From assembly GCA_016844925.1 (NCBI GenBank), contig JAERTI010000036.1, forward strand, positions 79,863 through 143,862: a stretch of 64,000 bases of DNA, in the 5' to 3' direction. The translations under genes and the position numbers were made by a program. Positions 1 to 9,573 of the stretch are shown here, piece after piece (position 1 is the stretch's first letter; each line of letters begins with the position of its first letter). The notes under the pieces are model-generated. The model was given only the letters and a program-made list of their open reading frames with translations. It was not told where the DNA came from and did no database searches. This DNA is from Candidatus Uhrbacteria bacterium (GTDB lineage: Bacteria > Patescibacteriota > Patescibacteriia > UBA9934 > GWF2-40-263).

Positions 1-2141
1 CGGTCTACATAATGCAAGAGACTGTGATACTGCGCGTACAAACGTTCCTCTCGATAACTTTCAGGGGTGAACTCTGTGGCGAGTTTTTCTGAGGCGCGAT
101 CGACGATGACTGATGTCGATGTAATCTCTCCGTCGAGCACGGCTTTTCCGGTTGCCTCAATTGTTGGGCTCGCGAATGATTCGATGGCTGTATCCTCAAG
201 TGCGCGTCTCATAAACGCGTTCCAAATCGGTCCGGCGACGTTTGATCCACCCGCCTTGGCACTCATGGTTTCGTTATCGTTGTTCCCCGCCCAGACTCCA
301 GCAGCGAGCGATGGGGTGTAGCCCATAAGCCAGGCGTCGCGAGAGTCATTGGTGGTACCTGTTTTAGCTGCAACAGGTCGGTCGCCAAGCTGAAGGTAAC
401 TATTTGCACCGAAGAATGGTGTGCGAGCGTCGTTGTCAGAGAGGACATGAGTAATGGTTCGTGCGACGTTTTCATCAATAACTTCTTTTCCATCACGCTC
501 TTTCCACTCCTCAAGCACGACGCCGTCTGAGTCTTCCACGCGCAGGATTGTGGCAATGTCGTTGCGTACACCTTCGTTGGCAAAGACCGCGTAAGCGTTC
601 GTGTGTTCCAGGAGCTGTACTTCTCCACCTCCTAGCACTAGAGAGAGTCCAAAGGCACTGTGATCGCCAAAGGAGCTGTAGCCGAGGCTGGTAGCAAAGT
701 CCAGAGCGTTTTCTACACCGGTCATGTAGACCATCTTTACCGATGGGATATTCAGAGAGCCCTGCAAGGCATTGCGGAGGCGAATAGGTCCGCGCTCTTC
801 CAGGTCGTAGTTGTTTGGTATGTAGTCACCCGTAATGGTTGGGAAGGTTGTCAGCACATCCCAGGTGACGGTGTTGGGGGTGTAGCCCATTTCAAACGCC
901 TTGGTAAAGACAATTGGTTTGAAGCTGGATCCTGGCTGACGTAGTCGAGTGGCGACGTTTACCTGCCCGTCGATTTCATCATCGAAGTAATCTTTTGATC
1001 CCACCATCGCGAGCACTTGCCCCGTCTTTGGGTCAATAGCAACGAGGGCGGCGTTTGAGAAGTTGTACGTCTCGCTTAGTTGTTCTACGCCAAGGGCCAC
1101 CTCTTCTTCAGCAATTGTTTGTTTATCAAAGTCGAGTGTCGTGATGACCCTCATGCCCCCTTCTTCTACCGCACGACGGCCATAGGTCTCTTCTAGCTGT
1201 TCTTTCACATGCAAGACAAAGTGTGGTGCATCGATGTTGGTGATAGACACCTCGATAGACGTATCCTCTAAGAGAGCCGCGTCGTGGTCTTCTTGTGTGA
1301 TGAACTCAAGTTCTAGCATCTCGCCCAAGATGTAGTCGCGGCGGGCTTGCAAGCGATCAGGGTTGTTTAGGTAGGTGGTTGGCGCCTTTGGAAGAGCGGC
1401 AAGTGTGACAGCCTCTGAGAGAGAGAGTTCCCCGGCACTTTTGCGGAAGTAGTTTTGTGCAGAGGCTTCAATACCGTAGTAGGTGGAGCCGTAAGGAATT
1501 TCGTTGAAGTAAATCTGAAGGATTTCATCTTTGGTATAACGCCGTTCCAGCTCCAGGGACAAGATAAGTTCCTTGGCTTTTCGGATGATGGTTTTCTCGT
1601 TTGAGAGAATGGCGTTCTTCACCAACTGCTGCGTGAGTGTTGATCCTCCAACGCGGTTTCCCATGAGGTTCTGGATGACCGCACGAGCAAAACCTTTGAA
1701 GTCAAACCCAGAGTGACTGCAGAAGTTGCGGTCCTCAGCGGCAATAGTGGCCTGCAGGGCGTAGAGAGGAATGCCCTCCGGGTCGAGGTCGAGTTCAGAT
1801 CCGTCACCACAGAAACCGCTCTGTACCTGTTTGAGTGTGCGGTTCTCTTCGCCAAAAATTTCGTACAGAAGGTGTTCTCCTGTGCGATCATAGATCTTTG
1901 TTGTTTGCGAAATGGTTCTCTCGGTGAGGGAGTTTGGGTTCGGGAGATCTCGAGAGATGTACGCCATGAATCCCAGGAGAACTAAGGCGCCCAATAGACC
2001 ACCGGCGATTCCCAGGAGGATGAGATTTTTTAGGATGGATCCACGATCAAATCTTCGTTTGGACCCTGAGCGTCTTCGGCGACGCTTTCGTCCTCCACGT
2101 GATCCTTTCCAAGTTGACTGGTTATAGGTGTGTTTTGACAT
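1..2141 (-). CDS. Class A penicillin-binding protein (bifunctional glycosyltransferase/transpeptidase, PBP1A-like); C-terminus runs off the left window edge
   Basis: The minus-strand ATG at 2139-2141 is preceded by GGAGGTC. My translation gives an N-terminal basic stretch and a TM anchor, then the GT51 motif EDRNFCSHSGFD, then transpeptidase motifs SSFKP, SLN and KTGTT. No stop occurs before position 1. The gene is absent from the ORF track because it is edge-truncated. Confidence 0.85.
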   Translation of the reverse strand, partial: MSKHTYNQSTWKGSRGGRKRRRRRSGSKRRFDRGSILKNLILLGIAGGLLGALVLLGFMAYISRDLPNPNSLTERTISQTTKIYDRTGEHLLYEIFGEENRTLKQVQSGFCGDGSELDLDPEGIPLYALQATIAAEDRNFCSHSGFDFKGFARAVIQNLMGNRVGGSTLTQQLVKNAILSNEKTIIRKAKELILSLELERRYTKDEILQIYFNEIPYGSTYYGIEASAQNYFRKSAGELSLSEAVTLAALPKAPTTYLNNPDRLQARRDYILGEMLELEFITQEDHDAALLEDTSIEVSITNIDAPHFVLHVKEQLEETYGRRAVEEGGMRVITTLDFDKQTIAEEEVALGVEQLSETYNFSNAALVAIDPKTGQVLAMVGSKDYFDDEIDGQVNVATRLRQPGSSFKPIVFTKAFEMGYTPNTVTWDVLTTFPTITGDYIPNNYDLEERGPIRLRNALQGSLNIPSVKMVYMTGVENALDFATSLGYSSFGDHSAFGLSLVLGGGEVQLLEHTNAYAVFANEGVRNDIATILRVEDSDGVVLEEWKERDGKEVIDENVARTITHVLSDNDARTPFFGANSYLQLGDRPVAAKTGTTNDSRDAWLMGYTPSLAAGVWAGNNDNETMSAKAGGSNVAGPIWNAFMRRALEDTAIESFASPTIEATGKAVLDGEITSTSVIVDRASEKLATEFTPESYREERLYAQYHSLLHYVD

Positions 2142-2350
2142 AAGACCTCCCCAGAATACCCAGTTTTTGGCCGTTTTGAAAGGTCGTGGACAAAATGGGG
2201 AAAACTGTCGGTCGGATTCGGACAGAGGTGGGTGCAGATAATGATGTATTGATGGGGCCTTGCGCACTTTTCCACAAAATACAGGGGAAGAACTGGGTGC
2301 ATGAGGGGGCGAGGTCGTAGCATGAGGGCAGTAAGTCTTGTCGATAATCT

Positions 2351-4180
2351 ATGTGTGGAATTGTTGGGTACGTAGGAACAAAACAGGCGGCACCTGTTCT
2401 CATGGAGGGGCTGCGAAAGCTCGAATATCGGGGATATGACTCCGCGGGAGTCTGTATTCAGAACGGTCGTCTGACGACCGTACGGTCAGAAGGAAAGATT
2501 GATGCGCTTGATGAAAAAGTGGGACGACACCATCTTCAGGGGACAGCAGGTATTGCCCACACACGTTGGGCAACACATGGGGTTCCTGAGGAGAGGAATG
2601 CGCACCCACATCGAGACTGCCAAGGAACGGTGGCCGTGGTGCATAACGGCATTATCGAGAACTTTGCCGAGCTTCGGGCTCAGCTCATCGGTGAGGGGCA
2701 TGCGTTTCATTCCGATACGGATAGTGAGGTGTTGGCGCATCTGATTGAGCGTGAGCGGTCTGCTGGGCATGTGGGCGTGCAGTGTGTGAGAGAGGCTCTT
2801 AAGTATGTTCGAGGGACGTATGGTCTTGTAGTGATGTTTAAAGATGTCCCTCAGACCCTCCTTGCTGCGCGCATGGGAAGTCCCTTGGTCATTGGTATTG
2901 GAGAGGGAGAACATTTTATTGCCTCAGACCCTTCGGCGCTTATTGAACACACACGCGACGTGATGTTTCTTGATGATGGAGAAATTGCCGCGATTAATTC
3001 TGAGGGGATCAATTTGTGTACGCTCGAGCAGCAGCAGGTTCCTCATAGAGTCGAGCATTTGGATTGGGATGTGGAGGCCGCGACTCGAGAGGGACATGCG
3101 CATTACATGCTGAAAGAGATTCTGGAGCAGCCGAAGGTCATAGAGAATAGTACTCGTGGAAGGATCGATTTGATTGCCGGACGAGCGGTCCTTGGGGGCC
3201 TTGATGAAGTATCTGACCGACTGAAGGAAATCGATCGGATCGTGATTGTCGGATGTGGGAGCGCGTACTACGCAGGGCTTGTTGGCGAGTATTTGTTCGA
3301 GGAGCTCGCGGGCGTGCCGGTGGAGGTTGAACTTGCCTCAGAGTTTCGGTATCGCAAGCCAATTATCACTGAGCGGACAGCTGTACTGGCCGTGAGTCAA
3401 AGTGGTGAGACGGCAGACACCCTTGAGGCTATTCGTGAGGCGAAACGAAAACACGCGCTCACGCTCGGGTTAGTGAACGTCGTGGGTTCATCGATTGCAC
3501 GCGCAACAGATGCTGGCGTGTACAACCATGCTGGTCCAGAGATTGGCGTCGCGTCGACAAAAGCTTTCGTGAGCCAGATGACAGTCCTTACCTTGATGGC
3601 TGTTCACTTGGGGCAGTTGCGAGGAACGCTCGATGGCGCGCGCGGTCATGAAGTGCTTGCTGGGTTGTATGAAATGCCGGAGTTGGTGCAGCAAGTTTTG
3701 TCATCGCGTGAGCAGATTGCGAGCGTCATGGAGCGATTCAGGGGGATGGAGAATTGTCTCTTTCTTGGACGAAAGTTCCAGGCGCCGATTGCGTATGAAG
3801 GTGCCCTCAAACTTAAAGAGGTGAGTTATGTGCATGCCGAGGGATACAGCTCGGGGGAGATGAAGCATGGACCGATTGCCCTCATTGATCAGAGCTTCCC
3901 ATCGATTGTGCTGTGCCCGCAGGACAGCGTGTATGAGAAAACGTGTTCAAATATTTCTGAGCTCCGTGCGCGCAAGGGACCGATCATTGCCGTGACGACG
4001 TGTGGTCCCATGGGGGCTGTTCCTGCAGATGAAGTCATTACAGTGCCGCACACAATTGAAGCACTTCAGCCAATTCTTACCGTCATTCCGTTGCAGTTAA
4101 TCGCTTACGAGGCAGCTGTGGCACGGGGCTTAGACCCGGATAAACCAAGGAACCTAGCCAAGAGTGTAACGGTTGAATAA
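2351..4180 (+). CDS. glmS: Glutamine--fructose-6-phosphate aminotransferase (isomerising)
   Basis: 609 aa. N-terminal MCGIVGYVG with the Cys2 nucleophile of class II amidotransferases, two SIS domains, C-terminal KSVTVE. Confidence 0.95.
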   Translation: MCGIVGYVGTKQAAPVLMEGLRKLEYRGYDSAGVCIQNGRLTTVRSEGKIDALDEKVGRHHLQGTAGIAHTRWATHGVPEERNAHPHRDCQGTVAVVHNGIIENFAELRAQLIGEGHAFHSDTDSEVLAHLIERERSAGHVGVQCVREALKYVRGTYGLVVMFKDVPQTLLAARMGSPLVIGIGEGEHFIASDPSALIEHTRDVMFLDDGEIAAINSEGINLCTLEQQQVPHRVEHLDWDVEAATREGHAHYMLKEILEQPKVIENSTRGRIDLIAGRAVLGGLDEVSDRLKEIDRIVIVGCGSAYYAGLVGEYLFEELAGVPVEVELASEFRYRKPIITERTAVLAVSQSGETADTLEAIREAKRKHALTLGLVNVVGSSIARATDAGVYNHAGPEIGVASTKAFVSQMTVLTLMAVHLGQLRGTLDGARGHEVLAGLYEMPELVQQVLSSREQIASVMERFRGMENCLFLGRKFQAPIAYEGALKLKEVSYVHAEGYSSGEMKHGPIALIDQSFPSIVLCPQDSVYEKTCSNISELRARKGPIIAVTTCGPMGAVPADEVITVPHTIEALQPILTVIPLQLIAYEAAVARGLDPDKPRNLAKSVTVE

Positions 4181-4284
4181 ACGATGTATTCGTCTTGGTT
4201 TTCGGAAGTGGTGAAGTGAAGTTTTTTCTAGCAAAATTAGGTCTCAAACGTTTTATTCTGTCGCTCACACTGAGGATAAGGTGA

Positions 4285-4313
4285 TTGACAGAGAGGGTTC
4301 AATATGCTATCCT
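4285..4313 (+). promoter_or_regulatory. Sigma70-like promoter: TTGACA, 17 nt spacer, TATCCT
   Basis: Consensus -35 and near-consensus -10 about 100 nt upstream of the 4415 start. Confidence 0.45.
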
Positions 4314-4316
4314 ACA

Positions 4317-4343
4317 AGCGCTCCCAAGAAAGGGGAGCTTTTT
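4317..4343 (+). promoter_or_regulatory. 5' leader hairpin (GCGCTCCC-aagaaa-GGGGAGC then TTTTT); candidate attenuator or cis-regulatory element
   Basis: Perfect 7-8 bp GC-rich stem followed by a U-run, between the predicted promoter and the RBS of the 3D-domain gene. Confidence 0.3.
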
Positions 4344-4414
4344 GTTTGCGGATATTTTTACGTCTAAACTTATTTTGCCTACCCAGTGCCATCTGTAGGA
4401 GGAAGGTGCCGGGT

Positions 4415-5038
4415 ATGTTGAATAAGACATTCACACAATTTAAAAATCTTTGGGAAGAGGATGTTTTGTATTCTCGGACAGTGACGTTTTTTACGTACAC
4501 TCTTTGGGAGCGCGTGAACCGCGCGACAGCACCTCTTCGTCGTCATACAGCAAATCTTTCGGTGATCGCGTTTGTGGCTGTGGCATCGGTGTACGTATTG
4601 TTCCCAACCATTGCGAACGCGGACATGGAGCATGAGCGCGTCGGCCTCGATGGCCAGACGGTGCAGATGATTGTTGCGGCGATGCAGAACGAGACCGTGC
4701 AGTACGGAACGTTTCCTGTGGCTGAAGATGCTGCTCCGCGTCATGAGTACACGATCCCTTTGACGGCTTACACGTCAGAGGTTTGGCAGACTGACGACAC
4801 ACCATGTATTACGGCGTCCGGTTTGGATGTTTGTGAGCGTAACGTTGAGAACGTTGTGGCAGCAAACTTTTTGCCGATTGGGACACGTGTACGCATTCCA
4901 GAACTCTTTGGTGACCGTGTCTTTTACGTAGAAGACCGTATGAACCGACGCTACCACTACAAGATGGATGTCTGGATGAGAGACCTCCAGGATGCGAGGA
5001 ACTTCGGACTTCAGTATGCGACCGTAGAAGTGTTTTAA
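4415..5038 (+). CDS. 3D-domain (MltA/RlpA-like double-psi beta-barrel) cell-wall protein with N-terminal TM anchor
   Basis: The ATG at 4415 is preceded by AGGAGGAAGG. A TM helix (SVIAFVAVASVYVLF) is followed by the C-terminal 3D domain FLPIGTRVRIPE...YVEDRMNRRYHYKMDVWM. The longer track ORF from 4304 overlaps the predicted promoter. Confidence 0.6.
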   Translation: MLNKTFTQFKNLWEEDVLYSRTVTFFTYTLWERVNRATAPLRRHTANLSVIAFVAVASVYVLFPTIANADMEHERVGLDGQTVQMIVAAMQNETVQYGTFPVAEDAAPRHEYTIPLTAYTSEVWQTDDTPCITASGLDVCERNVENVVAANFLPIGTRVRIPELFGDRVFYVEDRMNRRYHYKMDVWMRDLQDARNFGLQYATVEVF

Positions 5039-5050
5039 ACACGGTTGTAA

Positions 5051-5076
5051 AAACCGCCCATAAGGGGCGGTTTTTT
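5051..5076 (+). terminator. Rho-independent terminator
   Basis: AAACCGCCC-ataa-GGGGCGG followed by TTTTTT. Confidence 0.8.
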
Positions 5077-5129
5077 GGTTGAATGGATTGACAACAGAAA
5101 AGAACAGGGTTTTGCCCTGTTCTTTTTCA

Positions 5130-5206
5130 TGGAGGCCACGGTCGGATTCGAACCGACGCATAGAGGTTTTGCAGACCCCCGCGTTAACCAACTTCGCCAC
5201 GTGGCC
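5130..5206 (-). tRNA. tRNA-Cys (GCA), 3' CCA encoded
   Basis: Cloverleaf read from the reverse complement: acceptor GGCCACG/CGTGGCC, anticodon loop CTGCAAA, T-arm GTCGGTTCGAATCCGAC. Confidence 0.85.
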
Positions 5207-5269
5207 ACGTGCCAGGGGAGGATATCAGATCAAGAAGATCCCTTCAATCCCTGGTATACTGGGCTCACT

Positions 5270-5770
5270 ATGGAAAATCACAACGGAGAAATTAACGATC
5301 ATTCAAGCAAGCCACCGTTTGAATATAACTTCATTACGGAGCAAATCCTCTTAGGTACCAATGCTTGTTGCATGGTGCACTTTGATAAGGGACTTATTGA
5401 AATGGGGGTTCGAGGTGACATCTCACTGGAGGAAGAGCGGTTGGATGCTGCTCAGGGGGCAGAGTTCTTTCTCTGGTTGCCGGTGAAGGATCATACGCCT
5501 CCGTCCATGGCGCAGCTCCGTGTTGGGACACATACTCTGCGAGAGCTCGTGGACTCTGGTGAGAAGGTGTACGTTCACTGTCGTAACGGCCACGGCCGTG
5601 GACCATCGCTTGTGGTGGCGTACTTCATTCTCTTGGGGGATGATTTTGAAACGGCTCACGCTAAAGTGAAGGAGAAGCGTTCCGTGATTCATTTGGATGA
5701 CGGACAGATCGAGAGACTTAAAGAATTTGCTACATGGTGCCGAGAGGAGCACTCACAAGATGCTGAGTAA
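5270..5770 (+). CDS. Dual-specificity (Tyr/Ser/Thr) protein phosphatase, CX5R active site
   Basis: The P-loop VHCRNGHGRGPS matches the DUSP/PTP signature HCxxGxxR. Start taken at the first ATG that does not overlap tRNA-Cys. The upstream part of the track ORF (5075 onward) overlaps the tRNA. Confidence 0.6.
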   Translation: MENHNGEINDHSSKPPFEYNFITEQILLGTNACCMVHFDKGLIEMGVRGDISLEEERLDAAQGAEFFLWLPVKDHTPPSMAQLRVGTHTLRELVDSGEKVYVHCRNGHGRGPSLVVAYFILLGDDFETAHAKVKEKRSVIHLDDGQIERLKEFATWCREEHSQDAE

Positions 5771-5777
5771 TATGATC

Positions 5778-6659
5778 ATGACTGTTGCGATTTTAACGGG
5801 GGGAGAAAGTGCTGAGCGCGAGGTGGCGCTTAAGTCAGCTGCGTATGTTCAGGAGAAGTTGTCCGAGCAAGTTACGACAGAGCTATACGTGTTTCCTAGG
5901 GACATCGAGCGTTTTATAAAAGACCGACCGACACTTGTTGCCGCTGTGCCCGTTTTTCATGGGAGAGGAGGTGAAGATGGTGTCGTACAAGGATTTTTGG
6001 AATTGGCTGGGATGGACTATGTGTTCTCTGGTGTGAGAGCTCATTCTATTGCCATGGATAAAGCCCAGGCAAAATGTCTTGTAAAAGAGGTAGGGTTCAA
6101 TGTTCCAGAAGGAGTGGTTCTTCAGCGTCATGGTCATTACGCGTATCAAGAACCTGTTGTGGTAAAGCCAATGGATGCAGGCAGTTCGATTGGTGTTTCG
6201 GTTGTGCGTAGTGCTGGTGAGCTTGATCAGGCATTGAACAAAGCCTTTGAGCAAAGTGATCGCGTTCTCGTAGAGCAGTTCATTGAAGGGAGAGAGTTTA
6301 CCGTAGGTGTCCTTAATGACGGTGAGGCGCTTCCGGTTATTGAGGTTATCAGCAGGCATGACTTTTTCGATTTTGAATGCAAGTACGATCCAGAGATTTG
6401 TGAGGAGATTGTTGCTCCAGACATTCATGAGGAACTTGCCGAACGTCTTCGCTCTGTCGCTATTGCTGCACACAAGCGTATAGGTGCTCGTCACTTGAGC
6501 CGAACAGATATGATTGTTCGTGATGATGGAGAGATCTTTTTTCTTGAGATTAATACGATTCCAGGACTCACGCCCGTCTCTCTTGTTCCCAAGGCGCTTG
6601 ATGCGGCAGGATATGATTTGGGTGAGTTGTTGATGGGGTGGATCCGTGACATGGGCTAG
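5778..6659 (+). CDS. ddl: D-alanine--D-alanine ligase
   Basis: N-terminal MTVAILTGGESAEREVAL resembles the Ddl N-terminus, and an ATP-grasp C-terminal domain follows. Alternative in-frame ATGs at 5760 and 5772 overlap the phosphatase stop. Confidence 0.85.
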   Translation: MTVAILTGGESAEREVALKSAAYVQEKLSEQVTTELYVFPRDIERFIKDRPTLVAAVPVFHGRGGEDGVVQGFLELAGMDYVFSGVRAHSIAMDKAQAKCLVKEVGFNVPEGVVLQRHGHYAYQEPVVVKPMDAGSSIGVSVVRSAGELDQALNKAFEQSDRVLVEQFIEGREFTVGVLNDGEALPVIEVISRHDFFDFECKYDPEICEEIVAPDIHEELAERLRSVAIAAHKRIGARHLSRTDMIVRDDGEIFFLEINTIPGLTPVSLVPKALDAAGYDLGELLMGWIRDMG

Positions 6660-7209
6660 TACTATGAAGAAACGAACACTCAGACATGAAATCGTTGATT
6701 CTCTCCGGGAGATTATTTTTGGACTAGAAGATTCACTCGTCTCCACACTCGGTGCGATCACGGGAATTGCTGTGGGAGCGGGGAGTAAGTACATCGTGAT
6801 CCTCTCAGGGCTGGTGTTGATTGCAGCAGAGGGGATGTCCATGGCGGCTGGGAGTTATCTCTCGAGTAAAAGTGCGGCTCAAGCGGAGGAGGCGTTTCAC
6901 CAGAATGGTCCTGTGCAAGAGGCGACGAAGCCGGTTCGTGCAGCAGCGGTCATGGGGGTGTTTTATTTTCTTGGAGGGTTCGTTCCGCTCTTCCCTTACT
7001 TTATTCTCGATGTGCGTACGGCCATTCTTCCATCAGTAGTTGCCACAGCCCTTGTGTTGTTCTTGGTCGGCGTCTGGGCGGCAACCTACACAAAACGCTC
7101 CAAGATTCGTTCTGGGCTTGAGATGATGTTCGTCTCGCTAGCAGCAGCGGGTGTGGGGTATCTCATCGGGCGAGCAGTTGCGACCTTTTTTGGAGTCGAG
7201 GTATCATAA
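6646..7209 (+). CDS. VIT1/CCC1-family (Fe/Mn transporter-like) membrane protein
   Basis: Contains GLEDSLVSTLGAITGIAVGAG and multiple TM helices typical of the VIT family. The start could instead be the ATG at 6664 (MKKRTL). Confidence 0.6.
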   Translation: MTWASTMKKRTLRHEIVDSLREIIFGLEDSLVSTLGAITGIAVGAGSKYIVILSGLVLIAAEGMSMAAGSYLSSKSAAQAEEAFHQNGPVQEATKPVRAAAVMGVFYFLGGFVPLFPYFILDVRTAILPSVVATALVLFLVGVWAATYTKRSKIRSGLEMMFVSLAAAGVGYLIGRAVATFFGVEVS

Positions 7210-7215
7210 AGACCT

Positions 7216-7416
7216 ATGACAAGTGAGCCATCACAATTAGGAGAACAGATCGATCAGTGTGACGTGTGCGAGGTTCCCATGGAGGAGATCACCGAGCCCA
7301 TGACAACGGAGCTAGGAAAAAAGCTTTTAAGCTTTTGCACCGAGAAGTGTTATAAGCAGTATCTTGAGGATCCAGCGGCGTACGCGGAATTTGAAGATGA
7401 TACCGTTGTTGAGTAA
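7216..7416 (+). CDS. Small TRASH/YHS-like metal-binding domain protein
   Basis: 66 aa with CDVC ...(21 aa)... CTEKC, matching the TRASH pattern C-x2-C-x19-22-C-x3-C. Sits directly upstream of the Fe-S genes. Confidence 0.45.
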   Translation: MTSEPSQLGEQIDQCDVCEVPMEEITEPMTTELGKKLLSFCTEKCYKQYLEDPAAYAEFEDDTVVE

Positions 7417-7425
7417 GAAGGGGAG

Positions 7426-7452
7426 ACACCCTTGATTCGGGGGTGTTTTTTT
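7426..7452 (+). terminator. Rho-independent terminator or attenuator between the TRASH gene and nifS
   Basis: ACACCC-ttgattcgg-GGGTGT followed by TTTTTTT. Confidence 0.65.
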
Positions 7453-7473
7453 GTTAGCCTCTGTTCGATGCGT

Positions 7474-8673
7474 ATGAAAGATGTCTACCTAGACCATGCC
7501 GCCACAAGCCCTCTTGACCCTCGTGTACGCGAGGTGATGTTGCCGTACCTAGATGATCAATTTGGCAATCCTTCGAGTTTTCACACGGCTGGAAAGCGGG
7601 TGAAAGACGATGTTGAGGCCGCGCGAGCACAGATCGCTGAGCAGCTGAGCGTGCGACCCGATGAAATCCTCTTTACCTCAGGCGGAACCGAGAGTGACAA
7701 TCTGGGTATTCTTGGATACGCACGCAAGAATCAGTCAGCCGGAAAACATCTCATTACGACAAAAATTGAGCACCATGCCGTGCTCGAGGCCATACTGCAC
7801 TTGGAAAAGAAAGAAGGCTTTGAGGTGACGTATCTTGAACCAAATCGAGAAGGTCTGATTACCGTCGCACAAGTTGAAGCTGCTTTGCGTGAGGATACAA
7901 TTCTTGTTTCTGTCATGTATGCCAATAATGAGATCGGAACGGTCTTACCGATTGCGGAGATCGGCAACATGATTCAGAAGTGGCGACAGGAGCATAATCG
8001 ACCAGCGCTGAGGTTTCATACCGACGCCTGTCAGGCGGGTGAGTATCTTGATCTCAATATCGAGCGCCTGCATGTCGACATGCTGACACTCAACGGGTCG
8101 AAGCTTTATGGCCCTAAGGGGATCGGCTTGCTCTACCTCAAGCGTGGCATCAAGCTGCAGCCCTTGCAGTTCGGTGGCGCGCAGGAGCGTGCGCTGCGAC
8201 CTGGGACACAGAACGTGCCGGGAATCATTGGACTCGCTAAGGCTCTAGAGATTGCGCAAAAGAATCGTAAGGCAGAGGTTGAGCGGCTTATCCCATTGCG
8301 CGAGGCTCTTATCGAAGGATTGCAAAAAGCTATTACGAAGACTCGACTTAACGGTCATGCGACAGAGCGCCTCCCAAACAATGTGAACATGTCGTTCATG
8401 GATGTTGAGGGAGAGGCCCTGCTACTATATCTGGATTCACAAGGTGTCTACGCTTCCACGGGGAGCGCCTGCACAAGCGCGTCGCTTGATCCAAGTCACG
8501 TCATCCTGGCGCTCGGGCTGCCATATGAAGTTGCACACGGATCCCTTCGATTCTCTTTGGGACGATCAACAACGCAGGAAGATATCGAATATGTTATTGA
8601 GGTGCTGCCAGCACTTGTGCAAAAACTTCGGGCGCTGAGCCCTGTTAATGTCGATGAGAAATATTTTGTATGA
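7474..8673 (+). CDS. nifS: Cysteine desulfurase (NifS/IscS class I, PLP-dependent)
   Basis: Begins MKDVYLDHAATSP. Has the PLP-lysine region and an active-site Cys region (ASTGSACTS). The track ORF begins 42 nt further upstream, inside the terminator. Confidence 0.9.
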   Translation: MKDVYLDHAATSPLDPRVREVMLPYLDDQFGNPSSFHTAGKRVKDDVEAARAQIAEQLSVRPDEILFTSGGTESDNLGILGYARKNQSAGKHLITTKIEHHAVLEAILHLEKKEGFEVTYLEPNREGLITVAQVEAALREDTILVSVMYANNEIGTVLPIAEIGNMIQKWRQEHNRPALRFHTDACQAGEYLDLNIERLHVDMLTLNGSKLYGPKGIGLLYLKRGIKLQPLQFGGAQERALRPGTQNVPGIIGLAKALEIAQKNRKAEVERLIPLREALIEGLQKAITKTRLNGHATERLPNNVNMSFMDVEGEALLLYLDSQGVYASTGSACTSASLDPSHVILALGLPYEVAHGSLRFSLGRSTTQEDIEYVIEVLPALVQKLRALSPVNVDEKYFV

Positions 8674-9341
8674 ACCACAAGCAAGAACCTGTTAAAGGAT
8701 CCAAGGGGGACGTGACGTCTCACGACAAGGCAAAGTCTTGGTTTTATACAGATGTCGTAAAGGACCACTTTTTTAATCCTCGAAACTTCATGCACGAGGA
8801 TGCAAACGAAGAAGATTATAATGCGATTGGAAAGGTGGGGAGTCCCGCCTGTGGGGACGAGCTTCGGGTCTGGATGAAGGTAGATCCTGAGACCGAGAAG
8901 ATCTTAGATTTTCGCTGGAAGACATTTGGGTGTGGGAGCGCGATCGCCTCAACCTCCATGGCGTCTGTGATGGTGACGGAGAACGAAGGGATGACGCTTG
9001 AGCAGGCTCGTCAGATTAAGCCTCAGGACATCATGTCTCGCCTAGGAGGGTTGCCACAGCGAAAGTTTCACTGCTCTGTACTCTGTGACAAGGCTCTGCG
9101 TGATGCGATTAACGACTTCTATCGCCGCACCGAGCAGTTTGATAAGATTGTGACGGAGTCATCTCGGATTATCGATCCTGTGTCAAAGGTGACGGATAAA
9201 GATATTGAAGAAGCCGTTCTTGAGGGGGCTCTGGATATTGAGAAAGTCCAGCAGAAAACAAAGGTAGGCATCGGGAATCCAAGTTGCCTTCCTGCTGTGG
9301 AGGAGCTGATTCGTTTCTATAAGGAAAAGTATTTCGGCTAA
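8670..9341 (+). CDS. nifU: NifU/IscU-like Fe-S cluster scaffold protein
   Basis: The three scaffold cysteines sit in the motifs GSPACGD, FGCGSA and HCSVLC. The C-terminal extension retains only part of a BFD-like domain. 4-nt overlap with nifS. Confidence 0.8.
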   Translation: MNHKQEPVKGSKGDVTSHDKAKSWFYTDVVKDHFFNPRNFMHEDANEEDYNAIGKVGSPACGDELRVWMKVDPETEKILDFRWKTFGCGSAIASTSMASVMVTENEGMTLEQARQIKPQDIMSRLGGLPQRKFHCSVLCDKALRDAINDFYRRTEQFDKIVTESSRIIDPVSKVTDKDIEEAVLEGALDIEKVQQKTKVGIGNPSCLPAVEELIRFYKEKYFG

Positions 9342-9343
9342 AT

Positions 9344-9571
9344 ATGAGTCAGAAAGAACAACTCGAGGCGCGCCTGATACACCTCAAACCCATTCTTGAT
9401 GCCGCTGGTCGTTCGATCGAAGTCGTTTCGATTGATTCACCTGCCGTTACTTTCCGTGTCGCCGGGTTTTGTAATGGTTGCGCTTGCTCGTCATCCTATA
9501 AAGAAGCTCTTGAGGATCTCGTGGCAGACACCTGTCCTGAGCTCACGGAAATTTCATTCATCGAAGAATAG
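9344..9571 (+). CDS. Nfu-type Fe-S cluster carrier domain protein (NifU C-terminal domain)
   Basis: 75 aa with a CNGCACS CxxC motif, typical of Nfu domains. Confidence 0.7.
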   Translation: MSQKEQLEARLIHLKPILDAAGRSIEVVSIDSPAVTFRVAGFCNGCACSSSYKEALEDLVADTCPELTEISFIEE

Positions 9572-9573
9572 TT

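Noticed and set aside
2142-2350. Possible glmS ribozyme in the 210-nt region upstream of glmS
   Set aside because: I could not find the conserved glmS ribozyme core elements by eye. The region also has to hold the divergent PBP promoter. An Infernal search with RF00234 would settle it.
5883-6842. 319-aa minus-strand ORF overlapping ddl and the VIT gene
   Set aside because: Antisense to two well-supported genes. Ser/Asn/Ile-rich with no motif. Judged spurious.
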